Source: Trichoplax adhaerens
Lineage: Eukaryota; Animalia; Placozoa
Assembly: GCF_000150275.1 (NCBI RefSeq)
Contig: NW_002060964.1
Location: 920,975-984,974, forward strand
Direction of reading: 5' to 3'
DNA: 64,000 nt
Shown here: positions 12,401 to 24,700 of the stretch, in pieces
How positions within the stretch are numbered: the stretch's first letter is position 1
Layout of the letters: every line of letters starts with the position of its first letter
The notes under the pieces: model-generated
Told to the model about the DNA's origin: nothing
Databases searched by the model: none
The model's input: the letters and a program-made list of their open reading frames with translations, nothing else
Translations under genes and position numbers: made by a program

Positions 12401-15400
12401 TAACTTGGATTATTCGCCAGGTTAGCGTCGGTAGCAAAAGGTGCAATATGGGGCATATTTAATGTTGAGCAAGCAAATTGTGCTCCTATGGTAGCACCGG
12501 ATACTAATGGTCCAATGATAGCCACAATTTCTTCTTTCATAGCATTACAAGCTAGTTTTAGAATTAAGAATTGGTCAACCTAAACTCTTTAGAAATAAAT
12601 CTAGTGTAGTTTCAAATCGATCTCTTTACCTTTGTGAAAATTATCATAAGGGCTATACAAGTCTGCTGTATGAAATGTCGTGGAAAGTCTGCTGTGATTT
12701 AACTTAATATCAGCGATTTCATTTTCATTAATCATATCAATAGCCAGCTGAATGGCGCGTTCAATTTTAGTATATCCTCTAGGTAATAAAATTCCTGATG
12801 ATAGAGAAATATGTAAAACGTGAGGTGTTGCAATGACAATTAAGATTTAATTTTTGATGATAATTTTTATAGCAAAAATTGCGACTTTCAGTAATTTACA
12901 GTTTAGTGCAAGAATGCGTCAGTAATTTGTTTTATAATGAGTAACAGAAATTGAAAGTCTTACTACTATGTAACTGTAGGTAAGATTCTTTCAAAAATAC
13001 GCACTCAACCCAGTATTTCCTTCAATGTACAGAATTTAAATACAGTACTGTAGATCAACGATTAATTAAAACAGCTTGATGAGATTATATCTTATGTAAC
13101 CATAGAGCTAGACGAAAATGTAATATAAAATTGAGATGCTGATGGCGCACTATACCGGTAGATAGTCAGACACCATTACCTCTTACTTTATTAAGCTCCA
13201 AAAGAATGAAGTAACGTTGAATACGGATAAAAGGCAAGAGACAAAACGATACAAATGCATAAGACATTTAACTGTCAGGTCAAATTTAACTAGCATTGTC
13301 AAGAAATAGAACTTGTTGAGTATATCACCGAACTAGGCTCTAGATGCTTATATTGACATATAATGGCTTACAACGCAGCAGTATAATCGCTTAAGCAGTC
13401 GAATGAGATCAAATCTTAAATCATCATAAAAACCATAGATATAATGCAAAACATATCCGCTGGATATTTACATTGGAGTAGAAATATGATGTTGCAAAAC
13501 CCTTTCGATAATTTAACAAACAGTTGTAGCTTTGTCTTTTTATTAATTTAAAAGAAATGGAATATAAATACTCATACATTTGGTATAACGTGGATTGTTG
13601 ATTCTGAATAAAGTTTATAACGTAGACGGTTTAATTTTAATTCTTTGGTTATAATTATTTCTAAATGGAACGCAGTAAACCTCGCCAATGGGATAATTTT
13701 TAAACGACAGTACCAGCAATGCTACCCGAATTTATTCTTAAGTTATACTCATACTTTACGTAAAATGGCTAAAAAATAAATCAGTAGTAATTTCTTTCTA
13801 ATAACTAAAATCAGTTGCTCCATCTTTATTCGAAATAAAAGTGTTATTTGGACAATTTTTTCTTCTCAACTTACTAGCTAAACGCTCTGTCGCACGAAAT
13901 GGCAATTAATTGTGGACGATATCCACGCGGTCGTTATTATCACTATGAAACTTTTTATTACTGCTGAAATACAATGCAAGAGACGCAGATACTCGTAAAT
14001 TGAAAGTACTGTAATACCATTATATCGATTAAATATATATCAAGACTTTTATACGGTTTATAGGCAATGTAATTGTTCCTAGTATGGTGAGCTGATGAAG
14101 AATAACCCCTTAATATACTATATAAGATTTTGGTAATAAACCAAATTTACGGTACAAGTAGTATTTTAATATAAGTTACAGGTATGAAAGTAAAAGAAAA
14201 AATTGAAAACCTACATTAGCCCTGTTAAATGCATTAAATTTGTAATATAATGTTTGCTAGTTAAAAAAAAGGCCATATAGGCAGAAAAATATCTAACATC
14301 GAAAAGTAATTTACTATTCTTACTCTTTACGGTATATCAGCAGTTTCGAAACTCTTGCCTAATCATGATCATAGGACTATTAGATGATAAGGTTACTTAG
14401 TCAAACAAGTCAGTTTTAGCAATTTTTGAAATATAAAAAAATTTTTTGCAATTGCAGAAAGGATTGCTCTCATAAATCGCCTAAATTATTAACCTAATGC
14501 GTTACTATACTTCATCCCATTAAAAATAAATCCTTCGCTATACAAAATAACACAATTCATAATACAACCAATTATTGTTTTTTGTACAAGTTATATTGGG
14601 CATAGCAATTTCTTCTGCCTAATCAATTATCGTCATATACAGTGCAACATTTGATATAAGACTGGCTACTGACGCTGATCATTCCATTTCTCCACTTACT
14701 AAGGATACCAGAAAGGAAATTTTTATGCGCATAAACTAAACCAAAATGTCTAAAGATCTAATGTCACGTTGTTATTCGGGAGACAATCAAGATACCAGCG
14801 ATATTTAAGCTACGCGTAAGGATACGAATATTAAAAATACCACATATTGTCAACTGCCGAATGGCTTAAGCATGCTAAAAATAATGATAGACCTCACGAA
14901 TATAATTTAATCTACAATGAGAATCATAGCTGACAATTTTCTAGCTCTATTAATGATTATATGATCAATTAACTAGGGTTATCATAACTTAGGTGAAAAA
15001 GTCTGGCACAGAACTTCTAAATATTAGTTGTAGTAGTGTCTCTAATACTAGGAAATTGAACATTGAATACTCATATATCCAAAAATCATTTTCTCGGTAT
15101 TAATATCGATAAGCGACACCTTCAATTTCACGTGAAAGTTAAATTTTTCAAGCAAAATTAGCAAATTTATTAATAGAAATTATGTGAGAAAGCTACGTTG
15201 TTTGTTATCGAAAAAGTTAAAAGGTATTTTTAGTCTTGAAGTAAAAGTAATCACTTAATAGCGTGGCTGAAAGAATATACTACAATTACGATGCCTTCAT
15301 GAAGCAATTAATTTGAAAATTAAACCATGATTATTGAGAATAAATCTATCTATTTCTGACTTAAATTTTTTTAATATCTAAACTATAAATTTTAATTATT

Positions 15401-15614
15401 TGGTGTGCAGTGTACACCAGTCAAATCGTGAAATACTTTCAGCTTATACATTAATTAATACATATTCAAGACTTCATACAATAATGCTTACGGTGCTTTT
15501 GTCATCGATTTACTCACCAAGTCGATACGTCGTCTCTACGTTTGCAGTAACTGCAAAAATTAAGCCCGCTGCTTGAAAGAGTAATAAATAGTATATGAAA
15601 TTCGATTTTACCAT
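6408..15614 (-). CDS. Ionotropic glutamate receptor family subunit, paralogue B (complete; Epsilon-like, probably gated by glycine/small amino acids)
   Basis: Reconstructed exons: 15614-15518 (MVKSNFIYYLLLFQAAGLIFA..., signal peptide), 12794-12630, 12551-12285, 12065-11928, 11517-11393, 10986-10867, 10625-10464, ~10328-10224, ~10113-9982, ~9644-9435 (S1: DAPF...GYIIDLL...DGQYG...WTGVIGEV), 8290-7750 (APLSITPER, DFTMPFM, M1, M2 LWYTLGSFLSQG, PRS, M3 TYTANLTAF), 7583-7202 (S2), 6843-6669 (M4 GVFYILLATVGFSFAILITEW), 6554-6408 (tail ending KRTSTLI*). All junctions checked are GT-AG with compatible phases. Confidence 0.93.
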
Positions 15615-18282
15615 TTCATCCAAGATTTTATTCACTAATAGCCACGAAATTCACGTATCAGCTGAAATGGTTCTGCTACGATTGATTATACCAATACAGC
15701 GATCTCGCATTCATATACTTGATGTATAATAATTGTAATTAATAATTATAATTTAAGAAGCAATTAAAAAAACCAAGGGAAATAGTCTATTTTAAAATTC
15801 AATCTAATCAAGCATATCTTAGGTCATAGGAAACTAATGAGTAAAAACTAGAAGATGAAAGGCGAGGGCTGTAATTCATTCATGAAACAATGGAAATTGA
15901 ATTTTTGGTGGTCAGAACAATTTAAAAATAACACAGCATCAATTAGTTCACGGCCGTTGATTCCTCAATTTTTCAATCATGAATGGATAAACAGACTGAT
16001 TATTTTAATTTTATTCTTATCATACCAATATTTCGACCGAACCTATTCACCATACTAAAGCAGTTTGTTAGCATTCGATACAACTTATCAGTTAGAAAAG
16101 AGTCATGAACATCTGTACATACTGATTTTGAAAATTAATTACCAAACAAATAAGGCTTTATTTGAATATTAGAATCAAATAAAATACTTCTCTGTCTACT
16201 ATAAGCTTGCATTTCAACTATGATAATGCAAATAAAAGCAGATGCTTTGAATAAACCATTTCTTTAAAAAAACTGGGCTTCATTTTACTGATTCAATGTA
16301 GTAACATACAATGTTAATAGAGCAGGAAACATATGTATTAGTCGTACTACCAGAGTGGTTCTCGAAATTATTTTAACTGGCAAGATTAATCGAAGCAAGG
16401 AAATAAACGGTATTATGCCTTGAGATTTCTATGGATGAGTTTATCCTTCAATTGAAACTGCATCAAATGTGTAATTAATTTTTACCCTTTGATCAAGAGT
16501 GGAGCAACTGTTACACCGACAATAATTAGTAAACATTAAGCGTCATTTAGAACAATTTCCATCCTCAATTTCCTTTTCATTATTTACATCACAAAATAGA
16601 TATTAGATGTACTTTACGCTATTCATCAATTTTTACCATCTGTCTTACCTATAATGGACAAGATTATAAATGAGATACAGATAATCATTCCGACCGAAAA
16701 GTATGAAAATTCCATCGTTCAGAATTAAGAATTATGAACATGGAAACCAATCCAACCATAGTATGTCCTTGTAGCTGTAGTTTATTTTACCCAGTTAGTA
16801 TAATATTCAATGCCAGAATCAGCTGCAATAAAAATCACTAACCAACTTTGAATCGAGACTCATCGTGAGAGTTGGAAGCATACTATACGAGGCGATCTCT
16901 AAATGAAAATACTTAAAAAGCTTGTAAACATCGTGTGCCGTGTATAAAATTACTCAAGAATAATGAAATGACATCGTGTAGGCTATATTAAAAGTAGTTG
17001 CCGCTAAAGTTGAATATCGAAACGCTGCGTTTCAGTTTTAGGTGAATGGGTTAGTCTTTAAGCGTATAAAAGTTGTCATTTATTTGAATACACAGTGAAA
17101 AATATCGAACATTTACCAAAAATGGATTAAAGAATTATTCAACATAGTATAATTGATGGTGAATATTAGAGATTCAAGATATCACACCTTAAAGAATTGT
17201 TCACCATGGGAGAGCGAATCGGATCACCTTGATTTTACAATCTTTCATGGAACGCTTGAAATTGATCGTTGTATACGTAACATGGACTTCTAGATATTTT
17301 ACAGTTACAATCTAATTTTAACTAATCAAGCAAATATTTTGTCTTCAAAAGAGTAAAATCGTAATTTAGAATAATCTAGAAAGGGTACAAAGTATATGAA
17401 GGCTAGGAAAAAGTGGATTAAAGAATTACTTACTGTAGCAAGATTTATGGGAGTAGCTCAGTATTACACATTTATTCGTAGGAGGCCTTGAGCTAATTTT
17501 TATATAAACAGTAGTACGAACTTTAAATATTTTACATTCACAGCTCTATTTCACTCTGTCAAATGGTTACTCTATAAGCAAGCGAAAGCATTGGGAAATA
17601 TATAGAAATGATGCCCATCAGCGGTTCTTTGTTCCTTAGATGGAATGATATATATATGTTATATATATATATATTTGGCCAAACGTATTAATATCAGTAA
17701 CAGATTCTTAATAACTGAGAAATTAGGGAGCTATTTATAGCATAAAAGATGGAAAATTTTTACGATAGTCAGTTTTATGTTCCTTTACCGATGGGTTTCT
17801 AATAATATGTCACCGATAAGCGTTAAAGCTTTATAATGCTTTCGTTTAGATTTTTATTGTAAGAACATTGTAGATATTTAGAAATATACTTAATTGAAGA
17901 TACCGTTCAGAAAGAGCTATTTAAAGTACTAAGCATTGTAGCTAGTCAATATCACGCCAGAAATTGGTTATTATGTGCATTAAAGTACTCGTAGATTTTA
18001 AATATTTGACAGTTGCAATTTTATTTCAACCGTTTAAGTAACTAGTATGCGAATATACAAACAGTCCGAAGTTACAATGTGTGGTAGAGAATATGAAATA
18101 TTTCACAAAATATAGATTGAAATGATTATTTATTTCAAGAGAACTAATAGGAATGCCTAGGCCTCACAGATTCGTTTTAGGGCCTTTAAGTTATCGTTCT
18201 TATGCATTCATATGCCACAAAGTGTGCCCTCAGATATTTTTTAGTACTATTCATAAAAGAATGATAATGGTAGTTATTTAAC

Positions 18283-18788
18283 TTAAGCATAGGGCTTGGC
18301 TAAAGATGACCGCCTAAAGGTGGCCGGCCAAAGATTATGATAAAATCTTTTAGTCCTGTAATAGTTAATTAATGGAAAATATAAGTGAGGAAAATGGAGT
18401 CTTGCTAGGAAGAGTTAGACCCATGAGTATGTAATAATTTAGCTCAATTTTGCTAAGATACACTAAGGTTGGTGGCACTTTGAGCCAAGATAGAGATTAG
18501 GGGAACAACACCAGTTTATTTAATATATTTTACTTTATAAATTAAAAAGCCGCTTAAGTGAGTCTTGCAATAGGTATAACATTATACTGTCTAACTCAAT
18601 CCTTCCACTATCATCTACACTAATTTGGATATTATTTGCAAGTCCTACACTAAAATCTTAAATCATCTTACAATACATTACTAAATAAAGAAATATTCTA
18701 TGAAGGAGAATACTAAATATTAACCTTCATTACAAGTACCAAAGAAGTATACAAGGATGAGAAACATTTTATATTCAACGTAGCCCAT
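18283..18788 (-). CDS. Candidate small spliced secreted-peptide (prepropeptide-like) gene, not in the ORF track
   Basis: Exon 18788-18725 reads MGYVEYKMFLILVYFFGTCNE, preceded by a strong acceptor tttcattttttag at ~18818 and followed by phase-1 donor AAG|GTTAAT. Phase-1 acceptor ctaactcttcctag| at 18405 opens exon 18404-18283 (A)RLHFPHLYFPLINYYRTKRFYHNLWPATFRRSSLAKPYA*. An optional phase-1 exon 18644-18588 (GLANNIQISVDDSGRIELD) fits between. The product has a hydrophobic N-terminus and RTKR and RR sites. No homologue recognised. Confidence 0.35.
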
Positions 18789-21700
18789 AGCGAAGGAATT
18801 CTCACGGACCTGTTTGCCTAAAAAATGAAATAATTAAAATATATGCTTCATAGCGAGCGTTGCAGTAGTAAATGATTTCATTCTATTCCTATATTTCTAG
18901 CTAAAAAATTCTATCAAATATTGCTATTAAATTACTAGACATTCGAACTCCAAACTCTTCCAGCTATACCGGCAATGAGTAAATCAGTGATGAGATTTTA
19001 ACAAATTTGAACTTAAACTTTATACTTTATATTAATCGTAAATAAGAATTTCTATTTAGCCCATAAAAATTATGTGGTGTAGTAATCCTTAGAATCTACC
19101 CTTTTCAATATTCATTCTATGAAGAAAATTTAGTGAAAAATCACATAATGGGATATTACGGAAGATCGGGTCAAAAATAATTACGGTTTTACAAAATCAT
19201 GTCACTTGTGGTAACTTAAACTTTGCCAATCAAATTATGAGATATTGAAAGTTTCTTTAGTAGAAAATTAAAGGTTACCATATTAAATTATTCTTCAAAA
19301 TCGTCCATAATTTCTTTAGAAATATTTAAATATGCACGTAATTTTTCAGGATTAGTAAATAGACAAGAAAAATTATTTTAAAGGGATATTTTCAGCGGTT
19401 CTTATTACTAAAGACTACATGTATGATAGTTTCAAGCTCCGTAGTTAATTCGTAGTACATCATTCAATAATAAAATATGACCCAATGCTACATACTATAA
19501 TTCATGATTAATGATATATCTTTCGTTACATTAAGAAATGCGAATATTAACTTATGTGCCACTACTAGAACCGTTTGCACAAAAATTCTCGTCCTGTATA
19601 AGGCATCTCCGTTTCATAATCAAAAGATAATTCTGATCTACAACGAACAAATAAATAGATAACCTTAGCAATTCTGAGGTACTCCTTCAGAATTACGGAT
19701 TTGTAATAAGTGCTTTTCTAGAATCAGCACTGCACATATTAGATGTAATCGTAATTTTATTTTGCCGCGAAGTCGTTTTAGCTAATTACAGTAGTTACGT
19801 GATGCATAACAGTACTATGATATAGAATAGCCTGCTATGCTGTATATGATAAAATAATTGCATGATGCCTAGTATGATGAACATTGATACTTATAAAATT
19901 CATACTATTTATGTGCAAAGCTATAGCGGACAGCTGTATAAAGTTATGTTTTGGTGTAATGTACTAAATATGATTCTCAAGTTTTACAGAATTGTTGTTG
20001 TAGAGGCTATCAAGTCGATCAGCTAGTTCATCACTGCTATCTTAAACTGCTATTATGAGAGAAAGAAAGTGATTTCTTCTCGATCAGGCTTGCTATCAAT
20101 AAACAATACTTTTAAGATTAAACATAGTACTAACCTTATTGTATCAAATTAGAGATTCGCTTGTTTTAATAACTTAAATTTTGAGTTACCAACCTTGAAC
20201 CTAGGGGATTGTAGAGCCCATACACTATATGTCGTAACCAATTCAACTTCATGCAGTAAGCTACTTTTAATAAATGAAACGGATATAAATGCATTAGTAA
20301 TCTTCTCGCAATATGATTTCACAGTACAGAAAATAGTGATCGATAATATCTAAGAAATATAAGTATTCAGCAAGAATTCATGAATTCTAAGTCACTTAAA
20401 AAGTACTACAGACATTCTGTACTTGTCCCATACATCCTATTCGTACGTCAAATAACTTGACAATAAAAAATTGGAAAATCTCTAGTAGTAAGTATATTGC
20501 ATGATCAAATACAACATATAGAGCTGGTAACACAGTACTTTATAGGCTCAGTTAAGACTAGCGTATTTAACTCACCACAATTATATCTAGCTGTAGAAGA
20601 TTCGATAAAAAAGCCTAAAGTCTTAAAATATATAAAAATATCAAGATGTACATCATTGCTGCTTCAGAATGTAGGCTAAAATTGCTACAAGACAGGTGAG
20701 ACAGATGTAATGCGATGCGGCGTTACCTTCGTTAGCTGATAGAACCACATGGCACTTACAATCACTACGATCAATTTTTCGTCTTCAGTATTTTCGAATA
20801 AATCTGCTTAATTTAAAAAATCGCTATTTATATAATATATATTTATCACGTACACTAACAGAATAGCCAGAATTAGGGGTATTAACAATCCGCTAGAATA
20901 TCTTCTGATGAAATAAATACGCGTAGGTTTTAAATACTAATCTTTTCATTCGTATTGATAACCAAGTCACAAGAACTTGAGTCGTTTAGCTACGCTGCAT
21001 AGGCTCTAAAATGATGTATTAGGAATATATCCATAGGATATTTCTTAGTGCCATGTTGTGGGCATATTTTCGCATACAACCCAAAAAGAATAAAATTACT
21101 CAAATGGATAGATTTGTAGTTTCCATTCTACGAGCAAATTTAGGTACACTTATTACCATTGCATGCTTTGCCACAGACTATCAGATTGTATATATAGTAA
21201 TCAGCGGCTTTACTAAGGCAATAAATGGATTATTATGAAAAGCTAGTCTTAAAAAAAATAACTATAAATCCACTATGCAGTTGATTTAATTTTAGTTTAT
21301 CTAGATCTATTCAATATATACGAGTATATCTAAGAGTGTGCTGTAATAGTTACAGCTCAAGCCTGTACTAAATGCCTTAGAAGATTGGGTTGAGATGATG
21401 AACCACACAATCATGTAGCCAAATAAATCTGAAGTATTTCTACACGTCCAAGCAAAGAATATCTTCCTGAGTCGTTACTTTAGCGGTACAGTTTTTCTTA
21501 TTTTGTATTATTTAATTTGAGAACAGCACACTGACTTACACAATTATATGCTGAGTCTTTTATTATCCAAGCACTAAAGACATAGTCTGTCATCCTTTTC
21601 ACATGATCCTTTCTTTAATCGGAAACTTTGTCATATGGTGTTTCCATATGCTTCAATAGAATGGCCTGCAAGGCTTCAGAATCGGCGCAAAAAGATATTC

Positions 21701-24700
21701 AATATAATCTCTAATTAGTACTTCAAGTGTAATATATTTGATAGTACATTCAGAAATTCAGAAATCTTTTTAAATAGTAAATCAAACTTAAACAATGAAC
21801 TCGCTCTACCTTTAACAATTATTTACACTAGCTATGATTCAATCATATATTGCACAGCTTTATCTACTTTGCTAGTAATAGTAACAAGCAATGGCAATCA
21901 GCAATGTCGTTTGATGAACATTTGAAGAATTTCAAAATATTCACAAATGAATAGAAACGCTTATAATGAGTTTATCTAACTTTAATAATCGTATACAGTA
22001 AATGGTTTTCATCACTATTACATATCGCCACATCATGATTTAATTCACTTAGTTTGCAATACCAATAAACAATACGAATCAGCTAGATCAGTTTATGTAC
22101 GTTAGAAGAATTTTAAAATTGTAACTACAAATGGAAAAGCATAACGAGTTCAGTTTAGCTTCAGTTCTATATCGATGGCTTGGCATATCATTAAAGTTTC
22201 ATTCATATCGTTTTATACATAAAACACTACTGGAATGTTTATTATTTTCTACCACTCTATATACTAAATACTAGCTCGTTCACATTACAGAAATATCTGA
22301 TACAGAAAGTGCTAGTAAATCACTAAATAATGTGTAATTTGATTTTAAGTTTTAACCTTGTCAAATGATGAAACACTATGTTAGTCTTTGTTATCGATGA
22401 TTTAATAATTAGCTGACATCTTTAGACTAATTCATCAGTTTAAATATTTTAATGCTATTTCCTTAATGCTATATATTTTGGATAAGTCTTTGTGAATGCT
22501 AATATCTATGGTCGTGCTCTGTAGCTTATTCCGAAAAAAAGTTCAATAAATATAATAATTAGAGAATCTAATTAGTATTTTTGCAATACTGATAAGACAA
22601 AATAGCCGAAATCTATCCAATCATTTACTTATTATTAGAGTATATCCTACGTACAATTAATGTTTTAATCCTGAAGTACTTTCCTTTAGATAAATATGAC
22701 GCAATTTCATTTAGACATATATGAATAAATATCAATGTAATGCTAACCCTAGTAAGTGTACTGGCACTAAAACTTCTATAATGTAGCAAAATCACTTAAT
22801 TCATTTTGATAGCTGCAAGAAACCGAATTTTAAAGACCTCCAAAAATTAGAATATATTTTACTGAAACTAATTTGTGAATCAGAACTAGGGCAACTACCA
22901 TTAAAAATTATCAAAAAATGAATATTTTAAAATGCTACATCTCAACGTATCCCCTGCTTAAATTATCTTAAAGTATCGATAGCTGTAGTACAGTAGTTAT
23001 ATATAATGAAGGTAGGCAGTCTATAAAGCAGTAGGTACACAATTGATAATATTTAAAAGTATGTAAGAGAACATTCAACATAAAGTTCCAAATCTGCTGG
23101 CAATCTCGAGTGAACAAGTAAAGTTTTATCCATGATGATGCATGTGTATGAACGAATCTAATATACTAAGCAATTCGGTAATCACTAGATAAAATTTTTT
23201 AAAATATTTATTACTCTTTAAAAGGATTGCTATACGACAAATATTTTTCCCATTTGAACTACCCGATACTGAAATTGATGGTTGTCGATTATTGCCTAAA
23301 CTTTGTAACTGATTAAGAGATTCTTTTTATGGAGTAACTCTAATTGAAATTATTGCTGAACGCTAAGCAGGGCTACAAGCAACTTGAAAGATTAAATACG
23401 TTATAGTAAGAAGAAAACTAAGATTCGAATACTGATATCACTAATATATTACTTATGGAAAGGAAATTCTGAAAAGCAACGGGGGCTACTAGTCCTATAG
23501 TTAGGGGAGGATCACATCATATCAAAAATAATTAACTCAAAGGCATATATTTTCTATGTATACCACAAATACGAAATAAAACAAGCAAAAATAATACTAT
23601 AGCATAAATTGATAATAACAAGGGATCGTTGCATTGCTGTTGAGTCCATACCGTACTGTTTACTTTCTGTGGGCATATTTTATTACATGATTAGTTAGCT
23701 ACGCAAATAGTAATATTGAAGGCTAGATGTATGAAACCCAGCTATACACTTATACAGTTGAATTTCTTTTACATATTGTAGCTCATGAAAGAATATACAA
23801 TATTATCGATCAAGTAAAATGAAATCTTTCAATTTAGATAGCTAAAATCACATAATATACATTCACGTAACTGTTGGTAGGGAAAAATTTCATATTATTT
23901 GTAAAGTTATATACTTACAATCCATCAAATTGTATGAGCAAAATTATATAGGGAACATTATTGGGCGATGTAATATTATCTTCTTCATGAATTGTTTACC
24001 TATTAAAATTGATCCATGCTGAGAAATAATAAATAGCAAGTAGTAAACACATTTTTAATTTAAATTTTAAAATTTAATTTGAAGCAGAAATTACATAATA
24101 GTCTTCATACTAGAAAATTAAAATTGTAGAATCCTTTAATATTAACACAAATTAAACCAGTGGACGATACTTTCAACGCTGCTCAATATCTACTGTTACC
24201 CATTAAATATTTTAATTCTTACCATTAAACACTAACAATCTTATCCAGTAATATTTGTATATCAAAGCAATAATTGATTGACTATATTCAGCTGATTATA
24301 ACAAGTAATAAGTTAATTAATGAAACAAAACCTTTCTCCATAGCATATCAAGTATCAACGCAAAGGAAATTGTTGCAAGTATACGTATTAAGGCACAAGT
24401 TGTGAAGAGAATATATTGTATATTACATTAGATCGGCATATTAAGGAATGCTAAGAACGTGTCCATATGCAGTAAATCACCTAGAACTTTTAATCTTATT
24501 ATGTACCACCCATTTCTCTCGTGTATCACTGCCCTCTTAGCAAATAGTATGTACTGCATATCATTCAATATAACATTGCCATTGATAATCGTATTCGCAT
24601 AACTACTACGATACCAAATAATCTCTCTTCATTATAGGGTAAAATCACTATCAACCTAAGTGAGAGTAAGCATTATCATTTCATGATACCAGCAGAAGCA

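Noticed and set aside
16490-17440. Short fragments resembling ankyrin or LRR motifs (LIKSGATV; KWIKELF/KWIKELL; HLKELF)
   Set aside because: They are broken by stops and frameshifts with no coherent exon chain; too weak to call even a pseudogene without BLASTX.
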